Source: Lama guanicoe (Eukaryota). From it: a DNA stretch of 64,000 bases. Below are positions 38,329 to 50,418 of the stretch, in pieces. The position numbers were made by a program, and so were the translations under genes. The notes beneath the pieces are model-generated. The model did no database searches. It was not told where the DNA came from and saw nothing but the letters and a program-made list of their open reading frames with translations. Location of the stretch: NCBI GenBank assembly GCA_013239625.1, contig MU054001.1, positions 5,939,078 through 6,003,077 on the forward strand, given 5' to 3'. Numbering within the stretch: the stretch's first letter is position 1; each line of letters opens with the position of its first letter.

Positions 38329-39691
38329 CCTGCCCACTGTCTCAGAAACTGCTCATCTCCACCCTCACCCTCCAACCCCCACCCCAGGATGGTCTTCCTC
38401 TAAGTTCAGAAGGAGCAGAGGGTCTGTGCTAGCCATGGTCACTTTGATGAGCTAGGTAATGTTTCAGCTCAAACCTAGATGACTTTATTTGCCCCCAGGA
38501 AGTGTCCTCAGTGTCCAAGGGAGTTTAATTTTTTTCTCTGAACTTTTTCTGAGCTGAGGGGGGAGGCAAGCTCATCATGAAGGGACCAGCATCCCAGGGG
38601 ACGGTCGGAGCTCCCCTGTGGGACAGGGCTGCTGTGAGGACTCTGCCTTCCTCCACCCCATAGAGTGTGAGCGTCTGGGAAAGCAAACGGGAGGTAGATG
38701 GACGTGGAGTGCTGGACCACCCGGACACTAGCGTAGAGAAGACACGCAAGGTGGCTGCAGCCAAGGGAGTCCCTAATCAGAAAAAGAAACTTACACAAAT
38801 GAAAACTGTCACCTGCACAGGGGAGGTAATAAAGAAAGCAAATCAGCAGAGGTAATGCAGACTCCAACCAAGCATCTCCCTTCTCTCTTCTGAAGAGCTA
38901 CCCTGTGCAGATTGCCGTCTATCTCCTGAGTCGAAGTCGGCGGCGCGGGTAGAATTAATGAGGGCGATTGCATGGAAATGTATTGTATTAATAGACCCAA
39001 GCAGAAAACAAATTAAAATGACTTTCATAAATAAGTCCAAGCTAGGAACAGAAAGAAGATGCAGAAGCCAATAGGATATGGTGTTGGGAGAAAGGGGTGT
39101 GGGGAACCAGTGTGAAGACATTAAAGATGATTGCCAAAAGTTATTTGTTCGAAGTCCTTGGTGACAGCAGCCCAAGAGATGAGCTATCTGATTAAACTGA
39201 AGCAGGAAAACATGGCAGTAGTCAAGGGATTGACACCAGAGGGGAGAATGAGGATGAGAACAGAGGAAAAGCTGAACATTGAGACAGTAAAGAACATGAT
39301 GCTACAAAATTGCATTTTGCAACTGTGTGCAAAGTGGGGTCCCTGGGGGCAGAGATCCACTGGAAGAAGATGTGGGACACTGATGGATGCAGCGTCAGAA
39401 GCACTGCTCAGTGGGCTCCTGGCACCTGCCTGAAGATGGAGCTCTCCTGGTGGTAAGTGCAACGAGGAAGTAGCCCAGGGACCAGTGAGATCTGGGCAGT
39501 GGGTAGCATTTCCAAGGAAAGATGGACATAACATGAATATTTCCTAAGGCTTCCGGCTTCACAACTTCCCATGCATTAATTGGAGCCAAGGCAAGGGGAT
39601 CTCAGGCTGGGCAGTGTGAGTTGGTGACTTTTCCCCAGTGGTGCCTATTTTCCTCATCTGGTGATGAAACAGCAGTGGGAATTTTAGCTTC

Positions 39692-40120
39692 TACCTGCAG
39701 CAGAGTCTCACCAAACATTCCATCTTCTCCTCTCGCATCCCCACCATTCCCAGGCCCCTCGCTGTGAGGGGAGGGATTTTTGCAATTCTCTTGTAATTTT
39801 GGTTAATAGGCTTGAATGGAAGGGACACATACCAACACAGACTCATGCATGGAAAAACCAGTGCACCCGCCATTGTCTCTTCCACTGTTTCGGCCCCATC
39901 CTGGATGCCATTCCAAATGGTGGAGCCACCATCATCGCGGGTTCCTGAATGAGTACGTGAAGAAGAATCCCCCTTCCCCGCCCTACTCTTACCACCAGCT
40001 GACCTGAACAGAACACGTGGTATGAGTGAGAAATAGACTTCTGGCACATTAAGTAAAAGATAAATCTTTGTTCGGTTGAGATTTGTTACGGTCACATGGC
40101 CTAGAATCCTCTGACTAATA
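39692..40120 (+). mobile_element. Old MaLR LTR (MLT1-like)
   Basis: CATTCCCAGGCCCCTCGCTGTGAGG...ATGAGTGAGAAATAGACTT...GATTTGTTACGG...CTGACTAATA. Confidence 0.55.
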
Positions 40121-41108
40121 TGCTACTTACTAAGCCACCATCCAAACTGACACTTGCAAAATCACTTTGACATCAATAAGCTGTCTAAGTTTCCATCATA
40201 TAAATTCAACAAGCATTTAATCAGGTACCTATTAAGTTCCAGGCATTGTGCTAAGCCCCGTGGCTGCTGAGATGAACAAGACCCAGGGTCTTTCCATCTA
40301 TCTGAGGGTTCATGGGTACATACGAATGATGCAATGGAAGACGTTTTTATTATATTGGGTTCAGAAGAACCATGGGGAAACCAAAGAGCTGAGTCCCAGA
40401 AGCTGAGGTGGGATGGGGAAAGTCAGGAAGACCCTACAGAGATGGTGTCCTTTGTGCTAGGCTTTACCAGATGTACCAGGTAAAGAAAGGTTCAAGAGCA
40501 GGTAAGTCTAAGAATTGAGGGAGATTGGAACACCTGCCTTTGGTTTCTCTATTGGACTAACTTACCTGCTACATATCCTCTAAAATCTCAGACATTGCCC
40601 CCTCCTGAAAGCCTTTCTCACCTCTACTATCCTCCATCCTCACCCTCCACCCCACACAGAACTCCAGCCCCAGGGTGGCCTTCCTCTCTGCCTCTGCAAC
40701 ACACCAGCCCCATCACAACAGCATTTAGTAATTCTCCACTGTCTTGCCTTCTTCCCCATTGTGTTGGAACCCCTTAATGTCAGGACTGTCACTGTGTTCC
40801 CAGAGCCCAGTAGAGGGCTTGATCCATAGTAGATACTCAAACAATTTTGCAAGAAGTAAGTAAAAACAGAAAAACATTCAGAACATCAAATTTCATCACA
40901 GACCTATAGAAATCTGGGTTCTATCTGGTTCCAGACTCTAGATGTAATGAGGATGCAAAGGAGGGAGGGGAGAGCTATACAGGGCAGGAGTCTAGGGGCC
41001 TAGGAAAAGTGCTGTGCAGCTGGGAAAATCAGCTGAGCCAGGAAAGGACCGACCTTTAAAAGCAGATAGACCTAACCCTGGGTAATGAACTCAAGTGTAC
41101 CCATTCTT

Positions 41109-41550
41109 GAAATAATGCCATTTGCAGCAACATGGATGAACCTAGAGATGGTCATACTAAGTGAAGTAACTCAGACAGAGAAAGATAAATATATGATATC
41201 ACTTAGACGTGGATCGAAAACAATGATACAAACATACTTATTTACAAAAACAGACACAGACCCACAGACATAGAAAATAAACTTATGGTTACCAAAAGCG
41301 GAGGCGGAAGGAGGGATAAATAAGGAATTTGGGATAGACAGATACACAGATATCTAAAATAGATAAACAACAAGGACCTACTGTTTAGCACAGGAAATTA
41401 TATTCAATATCTTATAATAAGTTATAACGGAAAAGAATCTGAAAAAGAGTATATATATATATGTATGTATAAGTGTACACTTTGTACAACCTGAAACACT
41501 GTAAATCAACTATTCTTCAATAAAATAAAATTAATTTAAAATTAAAAAAC
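41109..41550 (+). mobile_element. 5'-truncated L1 (end of ORF2, 3' UTR, A-rich tail)
   Basis: GAAATAATGCCATTTGCAGCAACATGGATGAACCTAGAG encodes EIMPFAATWMNLE (L1 ORF2 C-terminus); ends TGTAAATCAACTAT...AATAAAATAAAA. Confidence 0.9.
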
Positions 41551-44500
41551 AAAGACGTAAATCTCACTGTTTTAAGTGTCAGTTCTCTCTTTAAGTAATA
41601 GATAATTTCAATGAAATCTTAATGAATTTTTTTTCAATGGATTATTTTGATATTTAAAAAAAAAAGCAAATGGAGGTCAATTCAATGTGGGGAGGTCATG
41701 AAGGGGCCATGAGCTACTGATTTTGTTAAATCAGTAATGGTTGGCTATTGGCCAGAAAAGAGTCTCTCTCTTTCCTAATGATTTCTAATTTATCTAGGAG
41801 CCTCTTTGGCATTCTGGAATTTCTGTTAACTCATATAAGTTTCTTCACAGTAAATTCCAAGTGTCGCTGTTCTTGTTGACATTTCTCCCAGGCTGAGACC
41901 TACAGGCGATCCTGTGTCTGGGAATCAGCAAACACTTGCTGAGCCCTTGTTTTGGACGAGATGCAGGGCTGGCAGTGGGGAGGACACCACAGTAGACAGG
42001 ATATCACTGGGTTCTGGAGTAGTCACCCAGGGGGTGTGGGGGACAGACATTCTACACCACCCAATGACCCCTCAAGGTGGTGGTAGGGTTCAGAACCAGC
42101 CCAGCTAACACCAGGCACCGGGGTGGTTCAGGGACTGGAGGCAGGCTGGGCTGGTGCTCATGCTGGAGGTTTACGATAGGAGAGCGCCAGAAGGAGGAAA
42201 AAGCTGTTTCCTAAGGACAGAAAGGATCAATATCAGGGCTGTCAATGTCTGTGCTCAAGTTCAAGGAGCAAGCACAGGGCCAAAAACTGGGAGAGCTATT
42301 GAGAAGCCAGAAGTCAAGAACAGACTGGAGTGAACAGTAAGGAACAGGGTGGAAGGAGAGAGACGATCCCAGATACTTGGCTGTGGGCTGGAGATCCCAA
42401 TGCCAACTTATACTGATCATTAGCCATATCTTTTGTGGGTGGGTGGCTTTGTTTAAAGGCTCAGGGTCTGGATGTGCATTTGTGTCATGCTGTAAGCCAT
42501 GACCCAAAGACCCCAGTCCCTAGGTGAGTTCGAGGTCAAGAGGATCAGTAATCAAGAGTCATTTCAAGGAAGGCATTCCTGTCCTTGGCTTATATTTTTC
42601 AGACACCCAGGAGGGCACATGTCGACCTCAGTCATTCTTAACACATTCCCGTTTTCTCTCGCATCCACTTGGCTCATGTGCTGCAGTCGCTCTGAGTTTA
42701 CTTTTCCCAAACCTCCCTGAAGAACCTCGCCATCTAAGCCCTGCCTCCCAGACCTCTTGTTTCCCTTTCCTCTTCCTTTCTCCAGATTCTCTGCTACCAA
42801 GTCTAAGGAGCTGCTCTGCTGAGCAGTGCGCGTCTCACCGGGTGGAGAGCAGTGCCAGCCAGAGTGTCCACCAGTGTGTAGAGGAACAAGAAAGATGGGG
42901 AACACTCATCCTCTAAACACCATATCCCGTCACATATACAACAGACCACCAATGAACGTGGAGTAAGCGCCAAGTGGAGACCTGAGGATCTGTGTACAGG
43001 CTCAGATAGAATTTCGTCCGCTGCGGAACATTACAGAGATTTCCTGGGACAGTGCTGTGGGGTGTCCCAGGGAGAACATTCCATGTACTTCTGGGGCAAG
43101 ATAAAATTTCCCAGTCTATGATGAAATTTGGAGGATGTCTTCCTGTGCCTCTGTGATGGTCTGGACTCAGAACATAGGTTTGACCCAGCATTTCATGGTT
43201 AGTCTCCCTCCTCACTGCTTCCACATCCTCGACCAACATTATTAAATGCCTGTGTTTTGATGATAGGGCACACCTTAGATTTTCCAACTATAAAATGATC
43301 CTATTTTATAACACTGCAGGCGCTGCATCGCTTGAATGCTTCTCAGTCCCAGAATCAATCCTGCTCAAGCCAAGTTGTTGAGGGAAAAAAACCTCCCCAG
43401 CCATTTTCCATTCATCTTAAATGTTGAGTTTCCTGACATAATTGCCCAGTCCTGGGGTGCCTCTGCCTCTTCGCCTCACAGCTGGAAGAGATTGGTACCA
43501 TTTCCTTACAGCTAGAAGCAGAGCACGATAGTTATTTCCCTCACAGGCAGCAAAAATATTCTTTTTTTTTGTGAAGTGTGAATCCTTTAGGAATTAGCCT
43601 AATCCAAACACATCACTTGAAATGTGCGAACGGGAAATGAAAGCAGGTCCTGTACCAGCAGACGGACCAGTTTAACACGCAGGTCAGCACTTCCCGGCAG
43701 CCGGCGCCTTTGAAAAGTCTTTGTCCCTGACGAGTCCTAACCCCAGGTATTTCTAGGTGGCTGAATGTTCCCTAGCCAGCATCCTTCCTGCCTCACATCC
43801 TGATCATCCCTCCCAACCTTGACTTCTTCCTTCGCCACATCTGAGACAGGTGTGCATCTGACCTGGGAGTTAGCATAGTGCTTCCCAAAGAGGGTTCCTA
43901 GTCCTTCAAGAGGAACTGCGAGAGAAGGGCTCCCCCACCAGATACACCTGGGGAAGGCTTCAGACTATGGCCCTTAGTTGGAGATTTACAGTGCAAGTTG
44001 GCTGTGTCTTAGTTTCCCAAGAGCATTTACTGAGATAGTTTCCTGATTGCTGACGGTGGGGTATGAGTGGGGCAGTGAGACAGGGAAGGATGAATTATAG
44101 GGCCAGTTCCCCTCTGTGAACTGAGGCATGATCCCCCTGGGGAACTCTGCAAGGACACCAGCCAGCCATCCCACCAGAGGGCAGTGTTGGGGAGCTGGGT
44201 AGTCACACACCAACTCACCTTGGCCACTCTTTGGTTGAGGACTGCTCTCCAGGAGTGTTCATGTCTTGGCCCTTCTTGCTTGTCTTGGGTGGGCGGAATG
44301 GGCTCCAAGGGTCAAACAAAGCCCCCAGGAACAGAAATGCATGAGCTGACCGTGGAAGCAGAGCCGCGTGTGCTGAAGCGGGAGGAGCCAGGGTGTGGGG
44401 GGACGCTGACAGCGACTGCCCAACTTTACTCACCAGCGTTTTCAAAACATATTTGACCACAGAACATTTCTTTTTTTTTTCTCTTTCCTCCAAGGAATAT

Positions 44501-44612
44501 CAATTCATACGCTGTGACACATTCTGGATAAACCTGGCTCAGATTGTTAGCCGGCAGACATATAAAACCCAAAGCTGAATGTGGCGCTTCTGTTATGAGA
44601 ATAATGGGTTTT

Positions 44613-44740
44613 CTGTTGGTGTGGATATAGCTGAGTGGTACAGTGCGTGCCTAGCATGCACAAGGTCCCAGGTTCAATCCCCAGTACCTCCATCAAAATA
44701 AATAGATGAACCTAATTACCTCCCCCAAAACAAAACAAAA
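44613..44740 (+). mobile_element. tRNA-Ala-derived SINE, vic-1-like (camelid)
   Basis: A box TAGCTGAGTGG (44628), AGC anticodon-like CTAGCAT, B box GGTTCAATCC (44671), tail CCTAATTACCTCCCCC plus A-rich; TSD AGAATAATGGG(T/C)TTT at 44598-44612 and 44741-44755. Confidence 0.85.
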
Positions 44741-44920
44741 AGAATAATGGGCTTTTTAGCCAGGAGAGAAGATATCTGAGAGATAGGAGGAGGGCTGAGG
44801 TGTCAGCTGGGGGCAGACTGAGCCTTTCCCATGTTGGGAGCCAGTGGCAGGAAGAAGTGTAGCCCTTGGGCCAGCGGCTAAGGGGACGGAAGAACAGTGA
44901 GCTCCCCGGTACTGGGTTCT

Positions 44921-44922
<2 letters not shown>

Positions 44923-44959
<37 letters not shown>

Positions 44960-44963
44960 TGTG
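44923..44963. repeat. (TG)n microsatellite
   Basis: Visible directly in the sequence. Confidence 0.95.
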
Positions 44964-45150
44964 TTGTGGATGGGTATTTAGGGAAGGGACATTTGTTAGA
45001 AGGCAGACGTTCTGACTCTGAGACTGTCATTTCAATGTCTTCATTTGGATGCTTGCTCCAGGATCAGAGGGCAGAAAGAGGGGAAAAGCCAGGGTGTTCC
45101 TCTTCAATCTCTCTGCTTAATTGGGATCTCTGAGCACTAGCCGGGTCTCT

Positions 45151-45168
45151 TAGCGCCCCCTGGGCAGC
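45151..45168 (-). promoter_or_regulatory. CTCF-like motif (reverse, weaker)
   Basis: Reverse complement GCTGCCCAGGGGGCGCTA; the 3' half matches the consensus and the 5' half is imperfect. Confidence 0.35.
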
Positions 45169-45949
45169 CTCTGCCATGATTTAGTTTCTGCCAGAAGCCC
45201 CAGCTTGTGAACTTTGGACAAAGAATGGAAGACTTCTGCTCACGGCAGAAGCCTCTCCCAATTACACATTTACCCACGAGCTGAGGGGAGATCTGCCCTT
45301 TTCACAAAACTGGCGTGGGAGGAGGGTAAGGGAGAGCAATGCCCAAGGTCCTAAAGTCCTCACTGAGTGTAGCAAAAGCAGTCCTCTTTCTTCCTTTCTT
45401 TTCTGCTAGGTTAACAGTCTCCTAAGAAACTCAGCCTGTGCTTAGATCCCCAGACAAGTCTCAAGCCTCCAGATTGCCAGGGAGGCAGGGAGCTTCTCAG
45501 GCTTTTACCTCAAACAGCTGTGCTTTTCTGTAGATAAGAAATAATAGTTCTGCTTTGTTCAAAGAGTCAGAAAAATGGATTAGCCCCTTGGGAACCTACA
45601 GATTTGGTTTAAATTAATCTTCCAAAGATGTATGGAGAACATGAAAGAAAAATTCCAGATTAATAATAAAAAGAACTGAGGCACTTGCCAGAAAATAAAT
45701 TGGAGAAAACAAACAAGTGTAACTGCCCCCAACCGCAGCAGCCTTTCCCTCTCTGCTCTCTTCAGTATTCCGCGTCCCAGCAGGGCAGCCCCGGCTGTGC
45801 AGTGTGGTTTCAAGACACTTCTAACATGTACCCAGTGCCTTCTGATACTTCCCAGATGACAAATGCCCTTTCGCATTTTGATTCACTCAAGACACAAAAT
45901 TCTGTGCTGGCCCCAAGGGAGGCAATGCATTAGAACTGGGAAAGGAGGC

Positions 45950-46435
45950 TATGCCTGTCGACTAACCGGTATCTCTTAGATCCATCGCCTGTGTTCTCCA
46001 TCCCACCTGGTGTCATAGGAAACTACATTTCCCAGACCCCCTTGCTCACTGGATGGGATGGGAGGAGGAGAAAAGCCAGGGTATTTCTTCCAGTCTCCCT
46101 CTGCTTACTATGGTGTCTCTGGCAGTGGCTGTCCCCTCCACGGCTTCAGCTTCCACCTTCCATTGTCCCAGGTACTTCCCAGCAGCCCCTTATGGTTTTA
46201 GCTCCTACCCGGAAGCCTGGCTTCTGTACCCAAGACCCACATTTTCCCATTGTCCTTCCAGCCTTCAGATGATAGTGATTTCTTGCCATTGCTCATTTGG
46301 GCTCACCTAACTGTCCTTTGCTTGGCTTCTTGGCTCTTGGCATTACCTGTGTTACCAGTTCCCCATATTAAATGGCTTCTGTTTGGAAGACTTGGAGTGA
46401 TTTCTGCTTTTCTGGCTGGGTCCTGGTTAAAATCT
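45950..46435 (+). mobile_element. Old ERVL-type LTR (LTR33/LTR16-like)
   Basis: GGAAACTACATTTCCCAGACCCCCTTGC...GAAAAGCCAGGGTATTTCTTCC...ATTAAAT...GTGATTTCTGCTTTTCTGGCTGG. Confidence 0.5.
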
Positions 46436-47754
46436 GGTCCATCCTAGGGGTTGGGGATCAAAAAAACTTCCATGGGCCATTGAGATGAGAAGCTGATTCC
46501 CCAGATTGAGGAGCGAGAAGCCAGGCTGCACAGAGCAGGGATTTGGGTCAACCTCATTATCACACAATAGCCACGGAGGCCCCTCAGTGCTTTAGTTCCC
46601 ACGATTTCTTTCTGCCCTGACCCAGAACATTCCAGGGTTGTTACCATTACTTACTATAATTATCCTGTTTTATGAATAGGGAAACTGAAGCCTAGAGAGG
46701 TGAAGTCAATTACCAAAGGTCAGTGTGGGGTTTGAACCCCGGTAGGCTGATTCCGGGGCTTGCTTCTGACCACTGTACTTCTCTGATCCCCTGACCAGCT
46801 CTCCACGTGTGCCCCAAATAGTCAATGCCGTTTCAGACATGCTCAAGCTGTCTTAGTTTCTTTGGCTTTAAATGGAAGCTGGACTAAGGAAGAAGAAAAT
46901 GTATGCCTAATTTTTGCATCTTAGATCTCATCTAACTTCTAAACAAGGTAAGTCCTTAATCAGTTAAGCTATGAAATGGCACGAATGGCCCCCAGGTCCT
47001 GAATGCTTAGCTATACCTGTAGGGGCTGCCTCATGGATAAAGATGCTGTCTCCAACCCAGCAGTAATGAGCCATCCTCCACACCCACTTCCCACTGATTT
47101 GAATGCCCTGAGGACATTTGTAAGATGCTGGGTGAAGTTAAGGGTGGGCTCCACTCACAGGACAAGCAAAGCTCATTACGCCATGTGGGGATGGAGCCCT
47201 GAGCCTAGCCTCGTTAGCAAAGGTCTCTAATCAACTGGAGACAACCATTGACACAAACTCCTTTTCTGCCAAGAACATTTTAGTTCACAGGCTAAAAGGC
47301 TGTGTCCCTGCCCATTCCCTGGGAACCAGGCCTTATTAAGAAAAGAACTTAGTTGTGTCCAAAATTTCCTCAGAATGACAAATTAACTAAGCTTTTTATA
47401 AACTGTGGCCTTGGGGACAAGGATGAACTAGGTTAGTCCCGGTGAGTCTGCTCCGCTGAAGCAGGAAGCCTGTTGTCTTGCAAAGAGTCCAGTATGGAGT
47501 GGCCGGGAAGGCACAGAAGAAAAGAATTTGCAGAGATCAAACTGGGGCTGACCTGATTTCTTACTGGGGAACCGTTGTCTGGTGCTGAGACTAGAAACAC
47601 AAGAGTGAACATGTTTCAGGTTTTTTATCACCACCACCATCATCATTGTCATCATCAGGAGTAACTAATTATGCAATCTGGGTCCCCATCTGGACTCAAG
47701 TCAATCGGGCAAATATCCATTGACCATTTTCTGGGTATCTGTGATGTGCTGAAC

Positions 47755-47930
47755 CACCACTTCTCAAGCCTGGCGGTGGAGTAGCATCACCTGGAAAGCT
47801 TTACAATGAAACCTGGGCTTGGGCTCACATATTAGTTAAATCCAAATCTCTGGGCATGGGATGCAGCATTCGTATTTTTCACAAAGCTCCACTGGAGACT
47901 CTAAAGTACAGCCAACGTTGCGAAGAGCTG
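47755..47930. mobile_element. MER5-like hAT-Charlie fossil
   Basis: CTTCTCAAGC...GCATCACCTGGAAAGCTTT...AAATCTCTGGGCATGGG...ATTTTTCACAAAGCTCC. Confidence 0.55.
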
Positions 47931-48407
47931 TAATTAGAAATGTGCTAGGAACTGTGGAGAGGTTAAAAGAGAACAAGAACTCTGACTTCTAGATATTTAC
48001 TGCCTAGTTAGAGAAATAAGATACAGTTTAAAAATGATCTATGTGTTAACTTGTAAAATAAGACAAGACTCAAAAGATGTTTCAAAGTAGCATGTAACTG
48101 AGAGAGAAAGAAAGAACTTTCCAGATGAGTGGATGGAAAAAAAACAGTTCAGGAGATGTGGAGATGAGAGTAAGTTCAAGTATTCAGGAGTGCTTCATGG
48201 AAGAATTGGAGACTGAAAAGGGACTTAGGGAGAGTCAGATAGCAGTTGGATCATGCCATGCTGAAGTGGTCTCAATAGTTCAAGAAAAGCAGATTAAACT
48301 TGTTATTTTCTGGAAGAAGTCACTAAACCAAGACTGTATTAAATGATGGGTCAGTAAGAGAGAGAAGATGAAAAAAGGAGGTCATGGGCTGGATTAAAGA
48401 TGGCCTT

Positions 48408-48504
48408 AGAAAACAAATTTATGGTTACCAAAGGGGAAGGGGGCGTAGGGATAAATTGAGAGATGAGAGTGTGAGATTAACAGATGCACACTACCATAAA
48501 AAAA
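48408..48504 (+). mobile_element. Very short polyadenylated L1 3'-UTR fragment with TSD
   Basis: AGAAAACAAATTTATGGTTACCAAAGGGG resembles the L1 at ~41270-41300; ends in an A-run; TSD AAAG(A/G)TGGCCTT at 48396-48407 and 48505-48516. Confidence 0.8.
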
Positions 48505-48520
48505 AAAGGTGGCCTTGACT

Positions 48521-48842
48521 AAGTTGCACAGCACATTTCTAGAGTTTATTCACCTTGTATAACTGAAACTTTACACCAAATGAATGTAGTGGCTATAGTT
48601 AACAGCCCTGTGTTGTGCACTTAAATTTTTAAAATTTGTTCAGAGGGTACCTCTAATATTAAATATTTTTACCTCACACATACCAAAGGACACAAGGAAA
48701 CTTTTGGAGGTGACAGATATGTCTGTTACCTTGATTGGGGAGATGCTTTCTTGTGTGTATGCATTAAACGAGTATGGGTTTTTTTTTTTTGTATACCAAT
48801 TATATCTCAATAAAGCTGTTAAAAAAAGAATGAAAAGAAAAA
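48521..48842 (+). mobile_element. Older L1M 3' end with 5' inversion
   Basis: 48521-48577 is the reverse complement of the L1 segment seen at ~55325-55380; the forward continuation follows and ends in AATAAA plus an A-rich tail; TSD GGCCTTGACT at 48511-48520 and 48843-48852. Confidence 0.75.
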
Positions 48843-50199
48843 GGCCTTGACTGCAAGCTAAGGTATTTGACTTTTATCCTATAGGTAATGGAGGAATTGT
48901 TGTTTTCTGGACAGAGAAGTGTCAAGATGCAGTTTTAAAAATTTTTATTCTCTGGAGTTTTGACTTTAAAATGTAATGAAATGTAGTATGGACCGGAGTG
49001 GAAGGGAAGGACCTGGGGAAAGAGGGCATTCAGAAGGCTGACTTTGACCAAGGCAAAGGCTGAGTGGAGAGAGGAAGATGGCAGAGATGCTCTGGAAGAA
49101 GAGTCAGTGGGCCCTAGTGACCAATGGGCTATTGGAGTTGCTAGCTTAGGTGATTGATTGGATGGGGATGCTCTTAACCGAACAGGAAGGCATCCAGCGT
49201 GGCATAGTAGAGTCAAAGGCAGCCAGCAAGGATTGGGGACAGCTGGCCTGAAGTTAAACTGTGGCTCAGTCACTTACCAATCAAATGAGCGTAGACGCTT
49301 TGAGATTCAGTTTCTTCAGCCATATGGTGAGGCTTATAGTGTCTGCCTTGCATGTTAGTCGGGAAGATTACAAATAACACGTGTATATTGCCTACTATAG
49401 TGCTTTGCACAGAGTAATCGCTCCTTTGGTGTTATTATTTGTAGTAGTATTAAGAAACATAGGAGATGTTTGGAGGGATAAGTTTCCATAACAAGCTGAG
49501 TTTTAGACACAGGATATCGCAAGTAGAAGCGTAGGTAATATGCATCCAGTGTTAAAGGTAAGGCCTGAAATAAAGATGTCACCTACATAGAGGTGACAGC
49601 AGAAACTCATGGAGGTAGATGAGATGCCAGGGAAAGTATGCAGAGTAAAGAGAAAGAGGGTTCAAGAATGGGTTTGAGTTTTGTATCAGTCAGTCAGGAC
49701 TCTGGTTACAAGCGACAGAACGCCAACTCAATTGGATTAAGGAAAAAAATGGCAAAGGGAGGAGTGTTTATCGGCTCCAGTAACCAAAGGTACAAGGGGA
49801 GGTATATATGGCTTCCCACATGGTTGCATGGTTGAATCTAAGTGCTTCAATATGCCGTTGGTGTCATGAGGATCCTTCTTCCTGCCCTCCTTCGGGATAG
49901 CTTCATTCTCATAATCTCTCTGTGTTATGGCAAAGATGACCCTGAGGCTTTCCTCTGTTTGCTTAGAAATCCCAATAGTAAGGGAATATGTATTTTCCAG
50001 CATCTACAGAGAAAGAACCAAGGCTGCGTCTCATCAGCCCATTGGTCTTGGGCCCATCCCCGAGCTCGCTATGACTGTGTCTGAGCCTGCGTCACATGAC
50101 CACCCTTGGGCCTAGGAGTGAGCTCAGACCCAGTCAAACATGAGCTGAAAGTCAAGAAGGGTGTCTGCCCAGAGAACACCTGGAGGTGCTGTTGCTCCA

Positions 50200-50418
50200 C
50201 TAAAACTGGGGTCCACGGACCAAATCCCTCCCTTCTACAACCCACTTTGTAAATAAATTTTACTGGAACATAGCCATGTGTGTTGGTTGAGGCATTGCCT
50301 TGTAGCTGCTTTTGAACTATAGTAACAGAGCTGAGGAGTGATTCCAGAGATTATCTGTCCTGCAAAACCTGAAATATTTACTCTCTGGTCCTTCATAGAA
50401 AAAGTGTGCCAGCCCCTG
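50200..50418 (+). mobile_element. MER58A-like fossil
   Basis: TTTGTAAATAAATTTTACTGGAACATAGCCATG...CTGCAAAACCTGAAATATTTACTCTCTGGTCCTTCATAGAAAAAGTGTGCCAGCCCCTG. Confidence 0.8.

Noticed and set aside
44171..44186. CCACCAGAGGGGCAG as a CTCF motif
   Set aside because: An extra G breaks the spacing of the core motif
44618..44692. tRNA-Ala gene
   Set aside because: The acceptor stem is poorly paired, and it is followed by a SINE tail and flanked by a TSD, so it is a SINE
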